From Intoshia linei (taxonomy: Eukaryota > Animalia > Orthonectida): a stretch of DNA of 35,645 nt. The position numbers and the translations under genes were made by a program. Shown one piece after another: positions 1 through 12,337 of the stretch; within the stretch, counting starts at the first letter, position 1, and each line of letters opens with the position of its first letter. The notes below the pieces were generated by a model, which made no database searches, was not told the DNA's origin, and worked only from the letters and a program-made list of their open reading frames with translations. The stretch covers positions 1 to 35,645 of the forward strand of contig LWCA01000264.1 of assembly GCA_001642005.1 (NCBI GenBank), written 5' to 3'.

Positions 1-311
1 TACAGTTCCATCTAATACAATTTTTCGAGTATTAGGTTTTATCGCAAATTTTCAAAAATTAATTATTCCATTGACCATTCATCGAATTTTTATTGATAAC
101 TCTAATTTTTTTTTTTTAAATTTAAACAAGTATTAAAATTATAAAAAATGTACAATCTGATAAGATTTTAAAATCACAAACATTTTAGTCAAAATTATAA
201 CTAAAAAACTAATATTTAGAAAAACTTGAAAAACGTCAATTTTTATCAACTTTAAAAATCCTTGTTTTTATTGAGATTAATATAATTTTAAATTATTATA
301 ATTTTTCCTAG

Positions 312-3300
312 AGTATTGAAAAATTTACGAACCAATACAATGTTTTACAGCAGTCTTTACAAACAGTTAATTGTTTGACTAAAAACTCTGGTAATTGTTT
401 GATTTAAAAAACTATATAAACCCAGTTTCCCTACTTCAAAAGCGAATCTATCATATTCCTAAATACTCTTCGGGCCGAAAAATTTTTGTAAAATGGTGGC
501 CTGATTTTTTCAAATTGAGCATTTCAAAAAGTATATACTATACTTATACAGTCAAACCTCTATAATGTGAACCCTCTGTAAAGTGAACTTTTTTAAGAAT
601 GCACAACAAAAAATAATTTTGAGTAAATCAAAATGATTTTTTATAATTAAAGTGAAATTCTAATTGATACTATACACTTTTTATACAAAACGTACATTTT
701 TAATTTTTTCATTTATACAATATGAACAACGAAAATTTAAACAAAAAACAATAAACCTATGAAGAAAACTCAATCTTTTCTTAATTTTATGATCCAGAAC
801 TCTCTCCTGTTAACAATTTTGATGAAAAAAAATTGAAAACATTTTTTATGGTTAATAATCCAGAAAAATTATCTATTGTGTGGACTTTAATGCAGGAAAT
901 AAGGTCTAAAAAATCGATAATTATCTGAAATAACTATTTACTTTGGGTTAACTAAAGAAAAAAATAATAGATTATGATTAGAGTAGAAAAAAGCGAGTAA
1001 AGTTAGCAAAATGCTATTTTATTCAATAATAATTGACATCTGTTCGTTTTAATAAAAATGTTTTATGATTGCTCGGAATGTGAAACTGTGTGTTTTTCAT
1101 TTTATAGTGCTCCAAATTTTCAAAATATACTCGCTTTTTTGTGTCTACTATATAAGTTTATACCAAAAATGAAATTTATAATGCAATGAAAAATTAACAA
1201 ACATTTCAGTATATTTTAGTGAATCGTTTATAATATATTATGAAAAATTAATAAATAAACTTTAATTGTATGGTTACTATGTAACTATATTTTTTGTTCA
1301 TTATTTCTGCAATCATGAACACTCAAATACAGTCAATTATGTTCTATATTAACATGAAGGGACCAGATTTTGATCATGTTCATAATATACTGTAATATTA
1401 ACATATAGGAATGGCGATAATAATATAATTAACAGTTTCGAAATGTTTAATCAATGTTTGTTCAAACTAAATTGTCGTGTTCATATTAATCTGAGTTCAT
1501 ATTCTAGGATGTTCATATAGAACAGATACGACTGTAATTGAGTCCCAAATGTTCAATTAGTAAAGGGTTGACTGTAGTATATATTATTGAATATCATAAC
1601 TATTTTGTATGATAAATTTAAAATTTATAATGTCAAGTTAATGCCTTTCCAGGTGCAAGGTACAATGCCCTTGTGTACCTTGTACTCCTTTTAGTAAAAT
1701 TAACTTTTTATAAAAATTACAACTATTTTTCGAGAGAATATAGTATTATGTATTATTTTCAATAAAATTAGCAATATTTTTTAAATTTAGAAGTCATTTG
1801 CTTATATGCAATAAAAAGCGATGGAATTAAAATTATTTCGAGTTTACTAAATAACTTATCCATAAAAACAGACATGTTTATAGCTGTCGGAATTTTATGG
1901 AATCTATTAGGAAATGCAAATCTGAATGACGCACTAATCCATTTTAATACTCTAACTTGCATAAAGTAACAAACTTGTGTGCCTTAATCTAAATGATAAT
2001 ATTTAGTGAATTACAGACATCCTTTATGAATCAATTGTATTTATTTCACAGCCAAAGTGAGCGTGAATTGAGGAATGATATTTTATCAATAATTACAATC
2101 ATTAGCAAATTCAAATTAAAAAATAGAATTGTTGATACTGGGCTTTTAGAAAAGCTTTGCCTCGTCGCTTCTTTTGAAGATAGTATATTTTCATTTATTA
2201 TAATTATACATATAATAATATATGTATATAATGTAATAATAATAATTTTTAATAATGAATATCAAAATATTTGAATTTAATTTTAAAACATAGACAATAC
2301 AAAACACCCGTTAACCGACCGACTGAACTTAAAGAACAATTCTCAAGATTTTGAAATGCGTCGGTTAATTTTGTGTATTATTTGCAATCTTGCATCGGAT
2401 ACATCGGCTCAATCTGTAATTTTAGTAACTTAAAATAACATAAATATAACAGTACGGTACTTGATAAATGTTAAATTAAGTCATTACTTACGTCATTATA
2501 ACTTTTTTACTTATTTATTACTTATTATAAATACAAATATAATAATATTGAACTTTTATTTACATTTTGTTAATATTTTTATTTAGGTAATATCAAATAG
2601 TGGAATGATTAAATCATTATTACATTACTTTACTAATCCAACGACTATAAAAGACAATAAAATATCAACCCATTCATTAAATACTTGGAGTGATTCAATG
2701 TACGAGGAAATACAATTACAATCTTTAAATACCATTGCTCTCTTATCAAATAATGTCACATTCGCTCAAAAATTTATTGACAATAATATTACTACAATGT
2801 TGATGATTTTCCTCAATTGGTGCACCACACAGGGTTTTTTTTAAATTATCTTTAAGATTTTAAGATATAAAAATTACATATATAAATTCATAATATAATG
2901 CTATTAAATCTAATTTAAATTATAGATGGATGCAAGAGCTTTGGGAATGATTTTCATGCAAAAGGAGCCAAGAATACAAATTTGGCGCACATAAAACAAG
3001 CCTTACAAATTATCAGAAACATTATAATTAGTAGTCAAAATTTTGGCTTAATATTTTGCGATGAAATTTGTGATCAAGGCTTAATACCCATTTTAATAGG
3101 TAATGGTGTATTAAATGTTTAATTTGATGTAAATTTTAATACGTTTCAATTAGATTATTTAAATAAGCAACAAACTGATAAATTAGAAACATCATTACAA
3201 ATAGAAATCAAATACGATATTTTGCTAATTTTATCAATCGTATGTCAAGATAATAGCAATAATAAGGTATAAAATTCACATTTATGTTTATTTTTTTCAT

Positions 3301-6300
3301 TTCATTATTTAGATAATGTTTGGCAATGCTGGATGTGATATTGTTATACATAATATGCAACTTGACGAACAAAAATTGTATAGTGGTTTGGGGTATTATA
3401 AACTACTTATTGCTACAATTGGAGCTTTATGGTTTTTTATTGAAAATATAATCATTTTACATTTCATTTCCAGGTCTTGTGTAATAAATTGTTATGGTAA
3501 TGAAAGTTATTTCATCGAAAGAGGTGGAGCAAGAATTATGATGAATTTATTGGAGGTAAAAATTTGTCGATTTATTTGATTGCATTTATAAAACTTTAGA
3601 AAATTGATAAATCGCTTCATAATATTATACTGGGTTGCCTAACGGATTTATGCAACAATCCTCGCGTTTTTACGCATTTATTGAGTTGGAAAGGAAAAAA
3701 CCGTATAACTGCGGCACATCTTTTTTGTCAGCTGTGGCGACAAGAAGAAACGGTTATGCAAGTTATACGTGATGAAAATGGAAAAATTAGTGGTTTACTT
3801 ATGTTTTCTTTAACTTCTTAAACTGACGCTTTGATGGTTAAAAAAACATTTGAGCCTTTTCAATAATATCAATAATAATATATTGTTACTAGGTTGACTG
3901 TTATGTACTACGTAAAACAGCACCTAGCTGTGCCGAGGGACATTTTTTGAATTCAGAATTAGAATTTTAAATTTAAAAATTGCGTAGCAATGAAAAAAAT
4001 TCCGAAGGAATAAATGATATAGATTTTCACCCATATTTTTTTATTGGAAATGTGTAGACGTTCAATACACATTTTTTTTAAAATTGTAGGATCAATATTT
4101 ACATTTTCAATTTTTATTTTAATTGATTTATTGAAAAATATTGATTGATAATACATTAAAAATTATTTTTCACCGGGAATGCGAAAATTTTTGGGGTTAA
4201 ATTATTTCACATTTTTTGTTTTAATAAAATATTTCAAAAAAAATATATATCAATACTAAAATACTTTTTCGACCGTGAAGGCGTCACTTATTCAGATTGA
4301 AATTTTTTGTGTGTTAACAAGATTAAAAAAAGGGTAATTTGGGGTTTTGGCCTTGAAGATATATTTTTTTTAAATTTAAATTTATGATTATATGTATGAT
4401 TTTAAAATCTGTATCAGAGTGTATATTTTTTTAAATTCTAGAACTCATAATATTTTCAAAAAAAGAAAAATTGGGCTTTTTGACCCGTAAAATGTCAGTT
4501 TGGGAGGTCGAAATTTATTTTGCTAACATCCGGAAAAAAATGTAATTGAAAGGTGGATTTTATAAAATTCTAAGACTGGTAGTTATTGAAATAAACGGTA
4601 ACACACACAGACAGTATATTATATAAGTAAGGATTATTATTGTCGAAATTCTAAAAATTCTCCAGGGCGTAACAACTTTTTTTCTGACTCCAGAAATGAA
4701 AATGGAGCAATCATCATTTAGTGTGAAATGACCGGTTTCAAGTAAAAAATAATGCTACCCTTGATATGAAAAATTTGACAATAAAATAATTATAAATATT
4801 AATCAATACAAAATTAGATTGTGTACAACCAATAATTGGAAAATACCAAGTAAATTCTGAAATTGTTTCTTTGCAGTCAAATAAAAAATCAAATTCTATT
4901 ATTGACGTTTCTGATAACATTAGATCAAAAATCTATGCATTTTTCTCAAGAGTTGGTATACTACCATAATTATTTTATTTTCATACATTTTATGTAATTT
5001 TAGGATATCAAAATTTGTTTGGATTGACCATGACTGATCGAATGACTTTAGAAATTATTAAAAATTATTTAGATTTTAAGGTACATTGCAAATACACACT
5101 GTGTATTACACTGTATGATATTAAATATTTTTTATAGAAAGCAGAAGTTTTAGAGGAAGTTGAAATTGAAATATGCAGAGAAGAACATTTAGAAATTGTT
5201 GAAGAACCGGATAGAGAAATATTGGAAGCAATGAAATTAATTTCTATAAATAAAACTGAAAAAATTATGCAAAATCAAAGTATCATTCTAAAAACCAATC
5301 ATCAACAAGAATTGAACCAAGAAACTGTTTTATACCAAAAGGTAATATTATATCAGTATATTGTATTTGGCAATCTGATTTACGAGGAACGTGGTTCATG
5401 ACAAAATTTATTGGCCACCATAATTTAAGTTAGGATCAGATCTCAATATATACTACCGATACTGCCTTCGTGGCCTCGACCAAATTTTTTTTGTGTGTAT
5501 TCACTGGATATAACTGTAATCAACTGTAATTTTTTTTAAATTCTAGGACTATTTTCATTTGTTAAAAAAAGAGAAAGCTGGGGCCTTGATCATGAAAATA
5601 CACTATTTGAAGTTGCCATTGTTTATAATGGTTATGATTTTAAAAACTATCCAAGAATTTATCCTAACTTATATAATATGCTGTCTGTGTGTGTGACTTT
5701 ATTGAAATAACTACCACTCTTAGAATTTTTTAAAGACCACATTTCAATTACAGTTTTTTCCGGGATGTATAATAAGATCAATTTCAACCTCCCAATTTCA
5801 CAGCTTACGGGTCAAAAACTCCAGTTGTCCCTATTTTTGAAAATCAAACGAGTTGGAGAATTTAAAAAAATATATACGTTGATACGGATTTTGAAATCAT
5901 AAACATACCCATAAATTTAAATGTAAAAAAATTATATCTTCAGGGCCAAAACCAAAAATTACCCTTTTTCTTTTAGTGTAAACAGCCCTAGAATTTCAAA
6001 AAATTTACAGGTGGTACAGTTGTATCCTTTTAACACACACAAAAAATTTCAATCCAAATAAGTGATGACTTCACGGTCAAAAAAGTATTTTACTATTCAT
6101 ATATTTTTTTTCCGGAATATTTTATTAAAAAAAAAATGTAAAATAATTAATGATTCGAAAATTAAATAAAAAGATTATTCTGATAGAGCTTATTCCAGTT
6201 GATATAAATACAAAATTTAAATCCCAGAAATCTACGAATTCCCGGTGAAAAATAATTTTTAATATATTATCAACCAATATTTTTCAAATATTTCGAATTA

Positions 6301-9300
6301 AAATAAAAATGAAAATGCAAATTGATCCTACAATTTTAAAAATAAATTGTGTATTTTACGTCTACACATTTTTAATGAAGACATATAGAGTACAATACAG
6401 TCAAGCTAGTATTGTATAATATAATATGTGCCGTTTTTGTAGATTACCTTCTGCAAAATATATTAAAAAATTTTAATTTCATATGACTTGCATGACCCAC
6501 ATGTCTAGTGCATAATTTTCACTTTACATTACGAGTTTGTCAGAATGCATGAACCCGAAGGGTGAGTAATTTTTTTTACTATTTAGTCTATTAAATCAAA
6601 ATTTCAATTTTTGCATGTTGAAATATATAAATAATTTATTTTCAAAAACTTTATTATTTAACGATATTATATTATAGATTATTCTATGCACTATTCTATA
6701 CACTGATATATGGTTTCTATATTAACGCGGTAATAGAAAGTAATTATTCTCTGAACATTACAGTGCGTAGAAAGTAAATTGATGTTCTTATATGAACCAA
6801 TGAAAATGAAGAATTCTTCTCACTAAACTGTAAAATTAATTCGCATCCCACCAGATAAATAATATACATTAATAAATTTGTATACAATTATATATACCCT
6901 TACGAGACAATTTTATGTTTACAAAATTCCATAAAAAGCGTAGAATTTTGTTTGCCAAAAACTTCGTTGATTTAGGTCAAAAAATTTAATACAATAAAAC
7001 TAATAATTTTATTGATTCACCAGCAAACCTTTCCCTTGTTTTTTTGATCACATGAGGTCTAGCATTATCTTGTTAAAGGCAAAGCTAGGAACTATGTTAC
7101 TTAGTTGAGTAAATACATATTATAATAAAATTTGTTGATAAGAATCGCTATTAACAATATGGTCCAATTTCCTAATCATAACTTTCTCGCAAGATGTTAA
7201 ACAACCCCAAATCATTATGGATCCACATTAAAATGCTTATTTTCGGAGTTTTACTGGTTTTCACGAGATGAATTCCTTAAGGGTCCGTAAAATAGTTGCT
7301 ATTGAAGGAGCACATCGCATACGGGCAGCAAAGGATGTGGATGTAACAACCCTTCCAGATTTTTGCACCCCATTAGTAAATTTTTTAATTGCTTTTTGAA
7401 TTTTTTCTTTTTTTAAAGTTGTAATTCGCTTCGATTTGATTGGGATTTATTCATTTGAAATGTTATAAATTGTTGTAAATGAAACATTGCTGGTTTTTGC
7501 GATATTTACCTTTTCGATACCATCCCTCAAATATTTTTCTATTAATTTTGTAATATTATTTGAAAGTGTCATTTGCGATACTGAAAACTGTTTAAAAACA
7601 ATTATTTCTTAGGAAATCCGAGTTTATTATGTTTTCGATAGTTTTGCAAAATTGGTAAGACGTTCAAAGTAACAAAATAATTAATAACTTCAATTTCTAC
7701 AACATTTTTCAGTTTTTTTTTTATTTTTTTACCAATGAAAGATCTTGCCAAATCGTTTAATATATAATAATTTTTTATATATAAAAAATTGAAAAATATA
7801 GCATGTAGTTTAGATTGATTTATATCTATTGCAAAATTTCTGCGGGGGAGTATATATTTATACACTATCGGAAACAATACTTCTATTTGCACATCTACGT
7901 TATAGTACAGATTTCGTTTTTCAACGGGACAATGCGTCCATCCATACTTCTAAGCTGGTATAAACGTGGTTTAAAGATAATTCTATTGATGTAATGGATT
8001 AGCCATCAAAGTCTCCTGACTTAAACCCCATTGAAAATCAATGGGGAATTTTGGCAAGGTCCGTATATAAAAATGGCAGACAATTTGATAGCATTAATCA
8101 GCTGACTCAGCTTATATTCAAAAAATGGGAAAATATCCATAAAGATGGTATTTAAAACTTACTGACTTGGATGAAGAATAGATGTCTTGAAGTTATGGTG
8201 AATGAAGAGGAAAAACACATTAAATTGTATATAACTTATTTTTTATTTGTTGGACCTAAGTTTATTTCGCGGTTAATTGTCGATTTTCTGTGATAACTTT
8301 TCATAGAAAGGTGATGATAGCAAAATAATGGTATGACCAATCACACTATTTATTATTTTTATTTAATGGATATGAAATAATCATGAAAATTAATTTTAAT
8401 AAACAAAAAAATAACAAAAAACAGTTATGCTTATCTTTATTTGTCGCACTCTTTATTTAAATATATATTTTGTTCTGGTAGAATTAAAAATGTGCACCCT
8501 CGTCAGAGCTAGGATGGTGTTTGTACGAGGTACATAACAGTCACGCTAGTATTACATTTAATAAGTAGAAACCGTAACGTATTTAATTGCGGACAGTTTT
8601 TTTTAGTTATATTTCAAGGAGACGGTGACCGTACATATTTATATAATTATAATTGAAAGCTTGCTGCAAATATCTATGGTAAAAACCGCACATACAAAAC
8701 CGGCATACATGAAATAATTATAATTGCATACCAATGAAAATACAATTGTATTTTTAGATACTATTGATATTAATTGATACAAGTAGAACCTGAGATAAAA
8801 TTTACGGAATCAGTGAATTATAAAAGATCTGTAATTAAGTTATCATTAGAGCAACCCGAAAGTTGCAAGAAAGTGACAGAAAAGTTGAAAAATGAAAAAA
8901 TAAATAAGTTCTTATATAAAAAATTAGTAAAAAAACCTGCATTTATGTTACAGAAAGTTGAATTTAAGTTGACAAAATTTACCGAAATTTGCAATTGGTT
9001 GTCTAGTTATTATTTTTTTTATATAATTGTTGCACTTTTTAGATGTTAGCCAAAATATATATATTAGTTAGTTATTGTCAATTTTAGTTAAAGTCTATTT
9101 TTCACAGAAGAGCTAGTGAATTTTTTCGTTTACCAGATAAATGTGAGAATTAAACAATACCGTAAAATTAATACTTTAAATAGATCAAAATACCATTATA
9201 TCAAAAATGATGATTTTATGAAGTATATTTATATTTTTAATAATATATTTGGGTATTATGAAAATTACCCCATTAATAGTGTTATGGACTATATGGATAT

Positions 9301-12200
9301 TACACTAATGCATAGTTGCAATAATAAATAAAAATGAACAGTCTCGATTACTTCGTACCATACATAAGTACGTAATTATAATTGTTTAATATGTGCCGTT
9401 TTTGTAAATTATCTTCTACAAAATATATAAAAAATTAGTATTTTATTTATCTTTCACATATATAATAGTCGATGTATAATACATATATTATATATTGTAT
9501 AATATAATATGTTCCGTTCTTGTAGATTACCGGCTGCAAAATATATAAAAAATTTGAATTTTATTTAGCCTTTACATATATAATATTGTGTGTAATACAT
9601 ATACATTAGGGTGATTCACTATACTATCAAATAAAAACTATTCTTGAATATACGTCCCATTTCATTTGTAAATCAGTGTAGCATAATTTTTTTTTTAAAT
9701 TTTGAACTTACTCCCTTCTTAATTTATTTTTTATTTCTTTGGAGGTTTAACATGTTTTTTGTACATTTTTTTAAAATTCAGTTCTATCTTAATTATTATT
9801 TAAAATCTTTAACCCAACTATAGATAAACCTCAAATTAATTTCATAAAAACCATAATTTCAAAAATTGCATTAAATTGAATTGTAGTGGAAGGTAAATAT
9901 TAATAAAAAAACATTTTAAAAAAGGTAAAAATAGGGATCGAGGTTTAAATCACTTTTTCTAGTAAAGAAAGCGAAAACCCTACAAAAAATATTAACTTAT
10001 TGTAAATCTTTATTATCATTATAATGATAATTATCTAAATTGAAATAAATCATCTTATGGATTGTTGGATAATCGAAAATTACAAGGTCTAAAAAATATT
10101 TAATAGATAATGAATAACAAAATGCTTATGGAAGAGTCAACTCGACTATGGACCGAATTTGTTAAACGAACATCAAATCACACCTATCTTACCGTAATTT
10201 AAATAATGCATGTTTCGTTATACATAATAATTATTTAGATGATGCGAGAAATACAATTAAATGAAGTTAAAAATACAAATTTATCCAGTATACCTTATGG
10301 AGAGTAATTTTAATTTATACAAATGTTTACTTTATATTAATTATTTAGTATCATAATCATTATCAATAGGTGACCTGTAACCCATTTTAAAATTATGGGT
10401 AATGAAGGAATGTATTTGCAATTTAATCTCATAAAAACATGTATCACATACATGCTACATCAGTGTTTCTCAAATGGGGATTCACTAGATAAAACATATA
10501 GTTTTCTTTTTTATATTATGATATTGGTATAATGATAAATAATAATATAGCTTAACTGTACGAAGTACAGTCTTGGTACAATGACGAGGTCTTAAAATTA
10601 AAAAATTGAAACCCTGTTTAAAATTTTTATAAAAAAATCCCCTCAAATCCTCTTATAAATTTTCCAAAAAAAATTTCCAAATATGACACTACAAAAAACT
10701 ACTCCAAAATGGTACAACCTTTAATTGTAGAACCGTTAATTTTTTTGTTAAAAAATAGTTTCAAAACAAAAAAAAATTAATACTAAAGTGATTTTTGATT
10801 GTAAATGCGTCGCTTTGTCGAATTTAAATTTTTTTGAATGGATATGTTAAGTGGTGGATATAACTGTATCAGCTGTAATTTTTTTTAAATTCTAAGAATA
10901 TTTTCATTTTTTAAAAAAAGGTAATCTGGGTTTTGACTATGAAAATGCACTTTTTTGGGGTTGCCATTTATGATAATACTTATGATTTTGAAAATCATTA
11001 GAATACATGTTTTATAAAACTTTAGGATGTATTTTATTTTTAAAATAAAGGGTAATTTGTGGTTTCATCATAAAGATGTGCGTTTCTGAGGCTGAGATTT
11101 ATCATAATATTAATGATTTTAAAACGCATCCAAGAATTTATGTTTTATTACATTTTTGGGTTGATTTTATTTTTTAAATCAAATGGAAAATTGTATTTTT
11201 TGAACCTGAAGAAGTCAAATTCGGAAACTAAAAAATAAATATAAATACGCCCTGGGAAAAACTGTATTAGAAATTTGGTATTTTAAATTATACGACTGTT
11301 AATTTTTTAAATATACAGTACATAGACATTAAATTTTATATAAGTAAAGAAAGGATGAAAATGTATTATGCGTAATGTCAAATTATTTGACTAAAACATT
11401 AAAATGTTTAATTGTAAATAATTTAGTCTTCATCGACATGAAACTATGATTCCAAATTCAAACGTCACGGTATTTTTAATTTAAAATGCTTTTTACTATT
11501 GACAAATCATATTTCATCAATACTAAAGTTATCAAAAACGGTCATAAATCACACAGCACAAAAAATGTATAAGCATTTCCTTTAAATTAAAGTTTAACGA
11601 GATATTAAGCGCTTTGATAGTTATTTTTGACCAAAACTTTCTACAATGGATATATCAGTGTTATTTAACATATTACACATTATGTATACAAAAAATACCT
11701 CAAATATGCGCGAACACTAAAATATAACATATTTTTTATAGTAAAAATTATAATAATGGAAAAAATGTTTAAATTAGTAAATATATAATAATAAAATTAA
11801 ATATCATAAATAGGTCATTATTCATAGATTTAACATCTCTATCAATAACGATTCGATAAAAAATATAACTCAAACTCTCTTCAATGTAATATACAATTAG
11901 TTTTACATTTTCGATTTAATTAACCGTTTTTGAGTGTTTATGATTTAATCTATGAAATAATGTTAATACTAACTTAAAATATATTAACAGGCATTTGTCG
12001 GAAAGCATGTAAAAATTGAAAGTACACCTGTAAAATATCTTGGAGGAGCTTTGAATAATTATGATAGTATCACTGGAACAATGAAACCACAACCATTGAA
12101 TAACCAACAACATTCAAAATGTATAAACACATCAAGTTCTACTGAAAATTCAATAAAATACGATTCTTCTACATCTGAATCCAAAGTTGAAGCAATTTAG
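312..12200 (+). CDS. CFAP69: Cilia- and flagella-associated protein 69 (armadillo-like), 5'-partial, 17 exons in window
   Basis: Exons 312-390, 1791-1965, 2007-2182, 2294-2415, 2587-2833, 2926-3099, 3154-3266, 3313-3431, 3474-3555, 3600-3792, 4818-4955, 5004-5080, 5138-5341, 10107-10193, 10239-10303, 11828-11885, 11991-12200 splice in frame at GT-AG. Motifs ILWNLL, RELRNDIL, EEIQLQSLNTI, LYSGLGY, LWRQEE..RDENGKI, DVSDNIRSKIYA, YLDFK, WTEFVKRTSN and ESTPVKYLGG are colinear with CFAP69 as I recall it. Exon 11828-11885 is the least certain. Confidence 0.92.
549..1574. mobile_element. Non-autonomous pogo/Tigger-like (Tc1/mariner superfamily) element
   Basis: Left end TA|CAGTCAAACCTCTATAATGTGAAC and right end GTTCAATTAGTAAAGGGTTGACTG|TA are imperfect terminal inverted repeats flanked by TA. 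It fills most of the CFAP69 intron 391-1790. Confidence 0.65.
1330..1534. mobile_element. MITE nested in the 549-1574 element
   Basis: TA|CAGTCAATTATGTTCTATATTAACATG ... ATGTTCATATAGAACAGATACGACTG|TA: inverted repeats of about 25 bp with TA duplication. Confidence 0.7.
3889..4633 (-). mobile_element. Non-autonomous Helitron-like element, copy A
   Basis: On the minus strand it starts A|TCCTTACTTATATAATATACTGTCTGTGTG and ends ...CAGTCAACCTAG|T, i.e. TC...CTAG inserted between A and T with no target duplication. It is homologous to 5662-6409. Confidence 0.75.
5480..5661 (-). repeat. Internal fragment of the Helitron-like family
   Basis: GGATATAACTGTA...AATTCTAGGACTATTTTCATT...GTTGCCATT is similar to 10856-10990. 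Confidence 0.6.
5662..6409 (+). mobile_element. Non-autonomous Helitron-like element, copy B
   Basis: A|TCCTAACTTATATAATATGCTGTCTGTGTG ... CAGTCAAGCTAG|T. It is an inverted homologue of copy A (e.g. TTCCCGGTGAAAAATAATTTTTAAT vs ATTAAAAATTATTTTTCACCGGGAA). Confidence 0.78.
6850..7572 (-). pseudogene. Decayed Tc1-family transposase
   Basis: Minus-strand translation gives an HTH-like N-terminus (MTLSNNITKLIEKYLRDG..NIAKTSNVSFTTIYNI), then GSIMIWGCL, VNSDSYQQIL and (frameshifted) QDNARPH. It has stops and an internal deletion. Confidence 0.75.
7910..8222 (+). pseudogene. Decayed Tc1/Tc3-like DD34E transposase, C-terminal part
   Basis: DFVFQRDNASIHTSKLV*TWF...MD*PSKSPDLNPIENQWGILARSVYKNGRQF. There are 34 residues between the second catalytic D and E, and three in-frame stops. 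Confidence 0.92.
8485..8549 (+). repeat. Isolated 3' terminus of the Helitron-like family
   Basis: CCCTCGTCAGAGCTAGG...GTACATAACAGTCACGCTAG|T matches the 3' end of copy A (CCCTCGGCACAGCTAGG...GTACATAACAGTCAACCTAG|T). Confidence 0.7.
9381..9608 (+). repeat. Two tandem copies of a ~118-bp unit; further partial copy at 6411-6484 and inverted partial copy at 8693-8731
   Basis: AATATGT(G/T)CCGTT(T/C)TTGTA(G/A)ATTA...CAAAATATAT recurs near 6423, 9388 and 9506. TACAAAACCGGCATACATGAAATAATTATAATT at 8693 is a near reverse complement of 9368-9406. Confidence 0.75.
10725..11350 (-). mobile_element. Helitron-like element, copy C (3' end not seen)
   Basis: Reverse-complement similarity to 21775-22395 (CGTTTCTGAGGCTGAGATTTATCATAAT vs ATTATCGTAAACTCAGCCTCAGTAAACG). 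The 5' end reads TCTTTACTTATATAAAATT on the minus strand. Confidence 0.65.
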
Positions 12201-12323
12201 AAATTGAATAATTAAATTTACATAATTTAATAATAAATATTATGATTATATAATTGAATATCTTTCATTTTGATCGGGTATCAATTATGCGGCCCGTAAT
12301 GTAAAATGTAAACTTCCATTTGT

Positions 12324-12337
12324 GTTACCATGGAAAT
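12324..12337 (+). promoter_or_regulatory. Candidate RFX X-box upstream of CFAP57
   Basis: GTTACCATGGAAAT matches the X-box consensus GTTNCCATGGNAAC except for the last base. It lies about 350 bp before the ATG of a ciliary gene. Confidence 0.55.

Noticed and set aside
6500-6830. Crypton-like remnant (GAACCCGAAGGGTGAG motif)
   Set aside because: It rests on a single short motif resemblance, with no termini or recombinase sequence.
10349-10369. Possible 21-nt CFAP69 microexon (AG|TATCATAATCATTATCAATAG|GT)
   Set aside because: It preserves frame but is not required and has no homology support.
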